This document shows, piece by piece, positions 1 to 14,699 of a stretch of DNA of 64,000 nt. The translations under genes were made by a program, and so were the position numbers. How positions within the stretch are numbered: the first letter of the stretch is position 1; the number at the start of each line of letters is the position of its first letter. Under the pieces are notes generated by a model. It had not been told where the DNA came from. It saw only the letters and a list, made by a program, of their open reading frames with translations, and made no database searches. Location of the stretch: the NCBI GenBank assembly GCA_964035545.1, contig CAXIUT010000183.1, positions 1,116,001 through 1,180,000 on the forward strand. Direction: 5' to 3'. This stretch comes from Bugula neritina (lineage: Eukaryota > Animalia > Bryozoa).

Positions 1-3000
1 CTAAATATACGGTAATATACTGAAATATACTGTAACACATTGAAAAATACTGCAACATACTGAAATATACTGTAACACACCGAAATATACTGCAACATAC
101 TGAAATACACTGTAACATACTGAAATACACTGCTACATACTGAAATATACTGCAACATACTGCAACATACTGAAATACACAGTAACATACTGAAATAAAC
201 TGCAACATACTACAACATATTGAAATACACTGCAACACATTGAAATATACTGCAACATACCTAAATATACGGTAATATACTGAAATTCACTGTAACGCAT
301 TGCAAAATACTGCAACATACTGAAATTCACTGCGACACACTGAAATACGCTGCAAAATACTACAACATACTGAAATAAACTGTAACATGTTGAAATACAC
401 TGCAACACATTGAAAAATACTGCAACATACTGAAATATACTGTAACACACTGAAATATACTGCAACATACTGAAATACACTGTAACATACTGAAATATAC
501 TGCAACATACTGAAATACACTGCTTCATACTGAAATATACTGCAACATACTGCAACATACTGCAATACACTGTAAAATACTGAAATACACTGCAACATAC
601 TACAACATATTGAAATACACTGCAACACATTGAAATACACTGCAACTTATCGAATATATGGAAAACTACTGAAATATACTGTAACGCATTGAAAAAGACT
701 GCAACATACTGAAATATATTGCGACACATTGCAATATACTGTAATATACTGAAAAATGCTGTATCACACTGAAATATACTGCAATTCGCTGAAATATACT
801 GCAACATACTGAAATACACCGCAACATCCTACAACATACTAAAATACACTGTAACATTTCGAAATACACTGCAACACATTGAATTATACTGCAACATAAC
901 GAAATATATGGTAAACTACTGAAATATATTTTAACAAATTGAAAAATACTGCAACATACTGAAATATACTGTAACACACTGAAGTATACTGCAACATACT
1001 GAAATACACTGTAACATACTGAAATATACTGCAACATACTGAAATACACTGCTACATACTGAAATATACTGCAACGTACTGCAACATACTGCAGCATACT
1101 GAAATACACTGTAACATACTGAAATACACTGCAACATACTACCACATATTGAAATACACTGCAACACATTGAAATGTACTGCAACATACCGAAATATATG
1201 GTAAACTACTAAAATATACTGTAACACATTGAAAAATACTGCAACATACTGAAATATACTGCGACACCTAGCAATATACTGTAACATACTGAAATATGCT
1301 CTAGCACACTGAAATACAATGCAACTTACTGAAATATACTGCAACATACTGAAATACACTGCAACATCCTACAATACGCTGAAATACACAGTAACATATT
1401 GAAATACACTGCAACACTTTGAAATATACTGCAACATACCGAAGTATATGGTAAACTACTGCAACATACTACAACATACTGAAATACACTGCAACACATT
1501 GAAATATACTGCGACATACCTAAATATACGGTAATATACTGAAATATACTGTAACACATTGAAAAATACTGCAACATACTGAAATATACTGTAACACACC
1601 GAAATATACTGCAACATACTGAAATACACTGTAACATACTGAAATACACTGCTACATACTGAAATATACTGCAACATACTGCAACATACTGAAATACACA
1701 GTAACATACTGAAATAAACTGCAACATACTACAACATATTGAAATACACTGCAACACATTGAAATATACTGCAACATACTTAAATATACGGTAATATACT
1801 GAAATTCACTGTAACGCATTGCAAAATACTGCAACATACTGAAATTCACTGCGACACACTGAAATACGCTGCAAAATACTACAACATACTGAAATAAACT
1901 GTAACATGTTGAAATACACTGCAACACATTGAAAAATACTGCAACATACTGAAATATACTGTAACACACTGAAATATACTGCAACATACTGAAATACACT
2001 GTAACATACTGAAATATACTGCAACATACTGAAATACACTGCTTCATACTGAAATATACTGCAACATACTGCAACATACTGCAATACACTGTAAAATACT
2101 GAAATACACTGCAACATACTACAACATATTGAAATACACTGCAACACATTGAAATACACTGCAACTTATCGAATATATGGAAAACTACTGAAATATACTG
2201 TAACGCATTGAAAAAGACTGCAACATACTGAAATATATTGCGACACATTGCAATATACTGTAATATACTGAAAAATGCTGTATCACACTGAAATATACTG
2301 CAATTCGCTGAAATATACTGCAACATACTGAAATACACCGCAACATCCTACAACATACTAAAATACACTGTAACATTTCGAAATACACTGCAACACATTG
2401 AATTATACTGCAACATAACGAAATATATGGTAAACTACTGAAATATATTTTAACAAATTGAAAAATACTGCAACATACTGAAATATACTGTAACACACTG
2501 AAGTATACTGCAACATACTGAAATACACTGTAACATACTGAAATATACTGCAACATACTGAAATACACTGCTACATACTGAAATATACTGCAACGTACTG
2601 CAACATACTGCAGCATACTGAAATACACTGTAACATACTGAAATACACTGCAACATACTACCACATATTGAAATACACTGCAACACATTGAAATGTACTG
2701 CAACATACCGAAATATATGGTAAACTACTAAAATATACTGTAACACATTGAAAAATACTGCAACATACTGAAATATACTGCGACACCTAGCAATATACTG
2801 TAACATACTGAAATATGCTCTAGCACACTGAAATACAATGCAACTTACTGAAATATACTGCAACATACTGAAATACACTGCAACATCCTACAATACGCTG
2901 AAATACACAGTAACATATTGAAATACACTGCAACACTTTGAAATATACTGCAACATACCGAAGTATATGGTAAACTACTGCAACATACTACAACATACTG

Positions 3001-3630
3001 AAATACACTGCAACACATTGAAATATACTGCGACATACCTAAATATACGGTAATATACTGAAATATACTGTAACACATTGAAAAATACTGCAACATACTG
3101 AAATATACTGTAACACACCGAAATATACTGCAACATACTGAAATACACTGTAACATACTGAAATACACTGCTACATACTGAAATATACTGCAACATACTG
3201 CAACATACTGAAATACACAGTAACATACTGAAATAAACTGCAACATACTACAACATATTGAAATACACTGCAACACATTGAAATATACTGCAACATACTT
3301 AAATATACGGTAATATACTGAAATTCACTGTAACGCATTGCAAAATACTGCAACATACTGAAATTCACTGCGACACACTGAAATACGCTGCAAAATACTA
3401 CAACATACTGAAATAAACTGTAACATGTTGAAATACACTGCAACACATTGAAAAATACTGCAACATACTGAAATATACTGTAACACACTGAAATATACTG
3501 CAACATACTGAAATACACTGTAACATACTGAAATATACTGCAACATACTGAAATACACTGCTACATACTGAAATATACTGCAACATACTGCAACATACTG
3601 CAATACACTGTAAAATACTGAAATACACTG
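1..3630. repeat. 1519-bp higher-order repeat, ~2.4 copies visible (probably continues left of the window)
   Basis: Near-identical ORFs are offset by 1519 (133/1652, 666/2185, 931/2450, 1326/2845). The markers TGCTTCATAC (521, 2040) and ATTTCGAAAT (856, 2375) recur at the same offset. Confidence 0.93.
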
Positions 3631-6600
3631 CAACATACTACTACAACATATTAAAATACACTGCAACACATTGAAATACACTGCAACTTACCGAATATAT
3701 GGTAAACTACTGAAATATACTGTAACGCATTGAAAAGTACTGCAACATACTGAAATATATTGCGACACATTGCAATAAACTGTAACATACTGAAAAATGC
3801 TGTAGCACACTGAAATACACTGCCATTCACTGAAATATACTGCAACATCCTGAAATACACCGCAACATCCTACAACATACTGAAGTACACTGTAACATAT
3901 TGAAATACACTGCAACACATTGAAATATACTGCAACATACCGAAATATATCGTAAACTACTGAAATATACTGTAACACATTGAAAAAAACTGCAACATAC
4001 TGAAATATACTGTAACAAACCGAAATATACTGCAACATACTGAAATACACTGTAACATACTGAAATATACTGTAACATACTGAAATACACTGCAACATCC
4101 TACAAAATGCTGAAATACACTGTAACATATTGAAATACACTGTAACATACTGAAATATACTGCAATATAATGAAATACACTGCAACATCCTACAAAAGGC
4201 TGAAATACACTGTAACATATTGAAATACACTGCAACACATTGAAATATACTGCAACATACCGAAATATATGGTAAACTACTGAAATATACTGTAACACAT
4301 TGAAAAAAACTGACATACTGAAATATACTGCGACACCTAGCAATATACTGTAACATACTGAAATATGCTCTAGCACACTGAAATACAATGCAACTCACTG
4401 AAATATACTGCAACATACTGAAATACACTGCAACATCCTACAACATGCTGAAATACACTGTAACATATTGAAATACACTGCAACACTTTGAAATATACTG
4501 CAACATACCGAAATATATGGTAAACTACTGCAACACACTACAACATATTGAAATACACTGCAACACATTGAAATATACTGCAACATGCCTAAATATACGT
4601 TAATATAATGAAATATACTGTAACAAACCGAAATATACTGCAACATACTGAAATACACTGTAACATACTGAAATATACTGCAACATACTGAAATACACTG
4701 CTACATACTGAAATATACTGCAACATACTGCAACATACTGAAATACACTGTAACATAATGAAATAAACTGCAACATACTACATCATATTGAAATACACTG
4801 CAACACATTGAAATATACTGCAACATACCTAAATATACGGTAATATACTGAAATATACTGTAACACATTGAAAAAACTGCAACATACTGAAATACACTGC
4901 AACACACTGAAATACACCGCAAAATACCACAACATACTGAAATACACTGTAACATATTGAAATCCAGTGCAACACATTGAAATATACTGCAACATACCGA
5001 AATATATGGTAAACTAACGAAATATACTGTAACACATTGAAAAATACCGCAACATACTGAAATATACTGCGACACATTGCAATATACTGTAACATACTGA
5101 AATATGCTGTAGCACACTGAAATATACTGCAATTCGCTGAAATATACTGCAACATACTGAAATACACTGCAACATACTACAACATATTGAAATACACTGC
5201 AACAGATTGAAATGTACTGCAACATACCGAAATATACGGTAATATACTGAAATATACTGCAACACATTGAAAAATACTGCAACATACTGAAATACACTGC
5301 AACACACTGAAACACACCGCAAAAAACTACAACATACTGAAATACACTGTAACATATTAAAACATACTGCAACATACTGCAACATACTGAAATACACTGT
5401 AACATATTGAAATATACTGCGACATACCTGAATATACGGTAATATACTGAAATATACTGTAACACATTGAAAAATACTGCAACATACTGAAATATACTGT
5501 AACACACCGAAATATACTGCAACATACTGAAATACACTGTAACATACTGAAATACACTGCTACATACTGAAATATACTGCAACATACTGCAACATACTGA
5601 AATACACAGTAACATACTGAAATAAACTGCAACATACTACAACATATTGAAATACACTGCAACACATTGAAATATACTGCAACATACTTAAATATACGGT
5701 AATATACTGAAATTCACTGTAACGCATTGCAAAATACTGCAACATACTGAAATTCACTGCGACACACTGAAATACGCTGCAAAATACTACAACATACTGA
5801 AATAAACTGTAACATGTTGAAATACACTGCAACACATTGAAAAATACTGCAACATACTGAAATATACTGTAACACACTGAAATATACTGCAACATACTGA
5901 AATACACTGTAACATACTGAAATATACTGCAACATACTGAAATACACTGCTACATACTGAAATATACTGCAACATACTGCAACATACTGCAATACACTGT
6001 AAAATACTGAAATACACTGCAACATACTACTACAACATATTAAAATACACTGCAACACATTGAAATACACTGCAACTTACCGAATATATGGTAAACTACT
6101 GAAATATACTGTAACGCATTGAAAAGTACTGCAACATACTGAAATATATTGCGACACATTGCAATAAACTGTAACATACTGAAAAATGCTGTAGCACACT
6201 GAAATACACTGCCATTCACTGAAATATACTGCAACATCCTGAAATACACCGCAACATCCTACAACATACTGAAGTACACTGTAACATATTGAAATACACT
6301 GCAACACATTGAAATATACTGCAACATACCGAAATATATCGTAAACTACTGAAATATACTGTAACACATTGAAAAAAACTGCAACATACTGAAATATACT
6401 GTAACAAACCGAAATATACTGCAACATACTGAAATACACTGTAACATACTGAAATATACTGTAACATACTGAAATACACTGCAACATCCTACAAAATGCT
6501 GAAATACACTGTAACATATTGAAATACACTGTAACATACTGAAATATACTGCAATATAATGAAATACACTGCAACATCCTACAAAAGGCTGAAATACACT

Positions 6601-7800
6601 GTAACATATTGAAATACACTGCAACACATTTAAATATACTGCAACATACCGAAATATATGGTAAACTACTGAAATATACTGTAACACATTGAAAAAAACT
6701 GACATACTGAAATATACTGCGACACCTAGCAATATACTGTAACATACTGAAATATGCTCTAGCACACTGAAATACAATGCAACTCACTGAAATATACTGC
6801 AACATACTGAAATACACTGCAACATCCTACAACATGCTGAAATACACTGTAACATATTGAAATACACTGCAACACTTTGAAATATACTGCAACATACCGA
6901 AATATATGGTAAACTACTGCAACACACTACAACATATTGAAATACACTGCAACACATTGAAATATACTGCAACATGCCTAAATATACGTTAATATAATGA
7001 AATATACTGTAACAAACCGAAATATACTGCAACATACTGAAATACACTGTAACATACTGAAATATACTGCAACATACTGAAATACACTGCTACATACTGA
7101 AATATACTGCAACATACTGCAACATACTGAAATACACTGTAACATAATGAAATAAACTGCAACATACTACATCATATTGAAATACACTGCAACACATTGA
7201 AATATACTGCAACATACCTAAATATACGGTAATATACTGAAATATACTGTAACACATTGAAAAAACTGCAACATACTGAAATACACTGCAACACACTGAA
7301 ATACACCGCAAAATACCACAACATACTGAAATACACTGTAACATATTGAAATCCAGTGCAACACATTGAAATATACTGCAACATACCGAAATATATGGTA
7401 AACTAACGAAATATACTGTAACACATTGAAAAATACCGCAACATACTGAAATATACTGCGACACATTGCAATATACTGTAACATACTGAAATATGCTGTA
7501 GCACACTGAAATATACTGCAATTCGCTGAAATATACTGCAACATACTGAAATACACTGCAACATACTACAACATATTGAAATACACTGCAACACATTGAA
7601 ATGTACTGCAACATACCGAAATATACGGTAATATACTGAAATATACTGCAACACATTGAAAAATACTGCAACATACTGAAATACACTGCAACACACTGAA
7701 ACACACCGCAAAAAACTACAACATACTGAAATACACTGTAACATATTAAAACATACTGCAACATACTGCAACATACTGAAATACACTGTAACATATTGAA
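3020..7800. repeat. 2389-bp tandem duplication (2 copies) of a divergent satellite subtype
   Basis: ORF offsets 3171/5560, 3688/6077, 4395/6784 and 4829/7218 all equal 2389. The rare markers TGCCATTCAC (3821, 6210), ACAAAAGGCT and ATCCAGTGCA recur at this offset. Confidence 0.92.
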
Positions 7801-10800
7801 ATACACTGCAACACATTGAAATATACTGCAACATACCGAAATAGATGGTAAACTAATGAAATATACTGTAACACATTGAAAAATACCGCAACATACTGAA
7901 ATATACTGCGACACATTGCAATATACTGTAACATACTGAAATATGCTGTAGCACACTGAAATACACTGCAACATCCTACAACATACTGAAATACACTGTA
8001 ACATATTGAAATACACTGCAAAACATTGAAATTTACTGCAACATAACAAAATATATGGTAAACTACTGAAATAGACTTTAACACATTGAAAAATACTGCA
8101 ACATACTGAAATATACTGTAACACACTGAAGTATACTGCAACATACTGAAATACACTGTAACATACTGAAATATACTGCAACATACTGAAATACACTGCT
8201 ACATACTGAAATATACTGCAACGTACTGCAACATACTGCAGCATACTGAAATACACTGTAACATACTGAAATACACTGCAACATACTACCACATATTGAA
8301 ATACACTGCAACACATTGAAATGTACTGCAACATACCGAAATATATGGTAAACTACTAAAATATACTGTAACACATTGAAAAATACTGCAACATACTGAA
8401 ATATACTGCGACACCTAGCAATATACTGTAACATACTGAAATATGCTCTAGCACACTGAAATACAATGCAACTTACTGAAATATACTGCAACATACTGAA
8501 ATACACTGCAACATCCTACAATACGCTGAAATACACAGTAACATATTGAAATACACTGCAACACTTTGAAATATACTGCAACATACCGAAGTATATGGTA
8601 AACTACTGCAACATACTACAACATACTGAAATACACTGCAACACATTGAAATATACTGCGACATACCTAAATATACGGTAATATACTGAAATATACTGTA
8701 ACACATTGAAAAATACTGCAACATACTGAAATATACTGTAACACACCGAAATATACTGCAACATACTGAAATACACTGTAACATACTGAAATACACTGCT
8801 ACATACTGAAATATACTGCAACATACTGCAACATACTGAAATACACAGTAACATACTGAAATAAACTGCAACATACTACAACATATTGAAATACACTGCA
8901 ACACATTGAAATATACTGCAACATACCTAAATATACGGTAATATACTGAAATTCACTGTAACGCATTGCAAAATACTGCAACATACTGAAATTCACTGCG
9001 ACACACTGAAATACGCTGCAAAATACTACAACATACTGAAATAAACTGTAACATGTTGAAATACACTGCAACACATTGAAAAATACTGCAACATACTGAA
9101 ATATACTGTAACACACTGAAATATACTGCAACATACTGAAATACACTGTAACATACTGAAATATACTGCAACATACTGAAATACACTGCTACATACTGAA
9201 ATATACTGCAACATACTGCAACATACTGCAATACACTGTAAAATACTGAAATACACTGCAACATACTACTACAACATATTAAAATACACTGCAACACATT
9301 GAAATACACTGCAACTTACCGAATATATGGTAAACTACTGAAATATACTGTAACGCATTGAAAAGTACTGCAACATACTGAAATATATTGCGACACATTG
9401 CAATAAACTGTAACATACTGAAAAATGCTGTAGCACACTGAAATACACTGCCATTCACTGAAATATACTGCAACATCCTGAAATACACCGCAACATCCTA
9501 CAACATACTGAAGTACACTGTAACATATTGAAATACACTGCAACACATTGAAATATACTGCAACATACCGAAATATATCGTAAACTACTGAAATATACTG
9601 TAACACATTGAAAAAAACTGCAACATACTGAAATATACTGTAACAAACCGAAATATACTGCAACATACTGAAATACACTGTAACATACTGAAATATACTG
9701 TAACATACTGAAATACACTGCAACATCCTACAAAATGCTGAAATACACTGTAACATATTGAAATACACTGTAACATACTGAAATATACTGCAATATAATG
9801 AAATACACTGCAACATCCTACAAAAGGCTGAAATACACTGTAACATATTGAAATACACTGCAACACATTGAAATATACTGCAACATACCGAAATATATGG
9901 TAAACTACTGAAATATACTGTAACACATTGAAAAAAACTGACATACTGAAATATACTGCGACACCTAGCAATATACTGTAACATACTGAAATATGCTCTA
10001 GCACACTGAAATACAATGCAACTCACTGAAATATACTGCAACATACTGAAATACACTGCAACATCCTACAACATGCTGAAATACACTGTAACATATTGAA
10101 ATACACTGCAACACTTTGAAATATACTGCAACATACCGAAATATATGGTAAACTACTGAAACACACTACAACATATTGAAATACACTGCAACACATTGAA
10201 ATATACTGCAACATGCCTAAATATACGTTAATATAATGAAATATACTGTAACAAACCGAAATATACTGCAACATACTGAAATACACTGTAACATTCTGAA
10301 ATATACTGCAACATACTGAAATACACTGCTACATACTGAAATATACTGCAACATACTGCAACATACTGAAATACACTGTAACATAATGAAATAAACTGCA
10401 ACATACTACATCATATTGAAATACACTGCAACACATTGAAATATACTGCAACATACCTAAATATACGGTAATATACTGAAATATACTGTAACACATTGAA
10501 AAAACTGCAACATACTGAAATACACTGCAACACACTGAAATACACCGCAAAATACCACAACATACTGAAATACACTGTAACATATTGAAATCCAGTGCAA
10601 CACATTGAAATATACTGCAACATACCGAAATATATGGTAAACTAACGAAATATACTGTGACACATTGAAAAATACCGCAACATACTGAAATATACTGCCA
10701 CACATTGCAATATACTGTAACATACTGAAATATGCTGTAGCACACTGAAATATACTGCAATTCGCTGAAATATACTGCAACATACTGAAATACACTGCAA

Positions 10801-11640
10801 CATACTACAACATATTGAAATACACTGCAACACATTGAAATGTACTGCAACATACCGAAATATACGGTAATATACTGAAATATACTGCAACACATTGAAA
10901 AATACTGCAACATACTGAAATACACTGCAACACACTGAAACACACCGCAAAAAACTACAACATACTGAAATACACTGTAACATATTAAAACATACTGCAA
11001 CATACTGCAACATACTGAAATACACTGTAACATATTGAAATACACTGCAACACATTGAAATATACTGCAACATACCGAAATAGATGGTAAACTAATGAAA
11101 TATACTGTAACACATTGAAAAATACCGCAACATACTGAAATATACTGCGACACATTGCAATATACTGTAACATACTGAAATATGCTGTAGCACACTGAAA
11201 TACACTGCAACATCCTACAACATACTGAAATACACTGTAACATATTGAAATACACTGCAAAACATTGAAATTTACTGCAACATAACAAAATATATGGTAA
11301 ACTACTGAAATAGACTTTAACACATTGAAAAATACTGCAACATACTGAAATATACTGTAACACACTGAAGTATACTGCAACATACTGAAATACACTGTAA
11401 CATACTGAAATACACTGCAACATACTGAAATACACTGCTACATACTGAAATATACTGCAACGTACTGCAACATACTCCAGCATACTGAAATACACTGTAA
11501 CATACTGAAATACACTGCAACATACTACCACATATTGAAATACACTGCAACACATTGAAATGTACTGCAACATACCGAAATATATGGTAAACTACTAAAA
11601 TATACTGTAACATATTGAAAAATACTGCAACATACTGAAA
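5410..11640. repeat. 3239-bp higher-order repeat (~1.9 copies); equals the 2389-bp unit plus ~850 bp
   Basis: ORF offsets 6077/9316, 6784/10023, 7090/10329 and 7746/10985 all equal 3239. TGCCATTCAC occurs at 6210 and 9449. Confidence 0.92.
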
Positions 11641-14600
11641 TACACTGCTACATACTGAAATATACCGCAACATACTGCAACATACTGCAATACACTGTAA
11701 AATACTGAAATACACTGCAACATACTACTACAACATATTGAAATACACTGCAACACATTGAAATACACTGCAACTTACCGAATATATGGTAAACTACTGA
11801 AATATACTGTAACGCATTGAAAAGTACTGCAACATACTGAAATATACTGTAACACACTGAAATATACTGCAACATACTGAAATACACTGTAACATACTGA
11901 AATATACTGCAACATACCGAAATACACTGCTACATACTGAAATATACTGCAACGTACTGCAACATACTGCAGCATACTGAAATACACTGTAACATACTGA
12001 AATACACTGCAACATACTACCACATATTGAAATACACTGCAACACATTGAAATGTACTGCAACATACCGAAATATATGGTAAACTACTAAAATATACTGT
12101 AACACATTGAAAAATACTGCAACATACTGAAATATACTGCGACACCTAGCAATATACTGTAACATACTGAAATATGCTCTAGCACACTGAAATACAATGC
12201 AACTTACTGAAATATACTGCAACATACTGAAATACACTGCAACATCCTACAATATGCTGAAATACACAGTAACATATTGAAATACACTGCAACACTTTGA
12301 AATATACTGCAACATACCGAAATATATGGTAAACTACTGCAACATACTACAACATACTGAAATACACTGCAACACATTGAAATATACTGCGACATACCTA
12401 AATATACGGTAATATACTGAAATATACTGTAACACATTGAAAAATACTGCAACATACTGAAATATACTGTAACACACCGAAATATACTGCAACATACTGA
12501 AATACACTGTAACATACTGAAATACACTGCTACATACTGAAATATACTGCAACATACTGCAACATACTGAAATACACAGTAACATACTGAAATAAACTGC
12601 AACATACTACAACATATTGAAATACACTGCAACACATTGAAATATACTGCAACATACCTAAATATACGGTAATATACTGAAATTCACTGTAACGCATTGC
12701 AAAATACTGCAACATACTGAAATTCACTGCGACACACTGAAATACGCTGCAAAATACTACAACATACTGAAATAAACTGTAACATGTTGAAATACACTGC
12801 AACACATTGAAAAATACTGCAACATACTGAAATATACTGTAACACACTGAAATATACTGCAACATACTGAAATACACTGTAACATACTGAAATATACTGC
12901 AACATACTGAAATACACTGCTTCATACTGAAATATACTGCAACATACTGCAACATACTGCAATACACTGTAAAATACTGAAATACACTGCAACATACTAC
13001 AACATATTGAAATACACTGCAACACATTGAAATACACTGCAACTTATTGAATATATGGAAAACTACTGAAATATACTGTAACGCATTGAAAAAGACTGCA
13101 ACATACTGAAATATATTGCGACACATTGCAATATACTGTAATATACTGAAAAATGCTGTATCACACTGAAATATACTCCAATTCGCTGAAATATACTGCA
13201 ACATACTGAAATACACCGCAACATCCTACAACATACTAAAATACACTGTAACATTTCGAAATACACTGCAACACATTGAATTATACTGCAACATAACGAA
13301 ATATATGGTAAACTACTGAAATATATTTTAACAAATTGAAAAATACTGCAACATACTGAAATATACTGTAACACACTGAAGTATACTGCAACATACTGAA
13401 ATACACTGTAACATACTGAAATATACTGCAACATACTGAAATACACTGCTACATACTGAAATATACTGCAACGTACTGCAACATACTGCAGCATACTGAA
13501 ATACACTGTAACATACTGAAATACACTGCAACATACTACCACATATTGAAATACACTGCAACACATTGAAATGTACTGCAACATACCGAAATATATGGAA
13601 AACTACTGAAATATACTGTAACGCATTGAAAAAGACTGCAACATACTGAAATATATTGCGACACATTGCAATATACTGTAATATACTGAAAAATGCTGTA
13701 TCACACTGAAATATACTGCAATTCGCTGAAATATACTGCAACATACTGAAATACACCGCAACATCCTACAACATACTAAAATACACTGTAACATTTCGAA
13801 ATACACTGCAACACATTGAATTATACTGCAACATAACGAAGTATATGGTAAACTACTGCAACATACTACAACATACTGAAATACACTGCAACACATTGAA
13901 ATATACTGCGACATACCTAAATATACGGTAATATACTGAAATATACTGTAACACATTGAAAAATACTGCAACATACTGAAATATACTGTAACACACCGAA
14001 ATATACTGCAACATACTGAAATACACTGTAACATACTGAAATACACTGCTACATACTGAAATATACTGCAACATACTGCAACATACTGAAATACACAGTA
14101 ACATACTGAAATAAACTGCAACATACTACAACATATTGAAATACACTGCAACACATTGAAATATACTGCAACATACCTAAATATACGGTAATATACTGAA
14201 ATTCACTGTAACGCATTGCAAAATACTGCAACATACTGAAATTCACTGCGACACACTGAAATACGCTGCAAAATACTACAACATACTGAAATAAACTGTA
14301 ACATGTTGAAATACACTGCAACACATTGAAAAATACTGCAACATACTGAAATATACTGTAACACACTGAAATATACTGCAACATACTGAAATACACTGTA
14401 ACATACTGAAATATACTGCAACATACTGAAATACACTGCTACATACTGAAATATACCGCAACATACTGCAACATACTGCAATACACTGTAAAATACTGAA
14501 ATACACTGCAACATACTACTACAACATATTGAAATACACTGCAACACATTGAAATACACTGCAACTTACCGAATATATGGTAAACTACTGAAATATACTG

Positions 14601-14699
14601 TAACGCATTGAAAAGTACTGCAACATACTGAAATATACTGTAACACACTGAAATATACTGCAACATACTGAAATACACTGTAACATACTGAAATATACT

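Noticed and set aside
851-880. CENP-B box (TTCG....A..CGGG) at the TTTCGAAA or ATTCGCTG variants
   Set aside because: TTCG occurs, but I saw no downstream CGGG, and no GGG or matching CCCG was noticed in the array.
7090-11573. Longest ORFs (414 aa, two copies) as possible real repeat or membrane proteins
   Set aside because: They have the same low-complexity translation as all the other ORFs. They are duplicated only because of the 3239-bp HOR and have no unique N- or C-terminal sequence.
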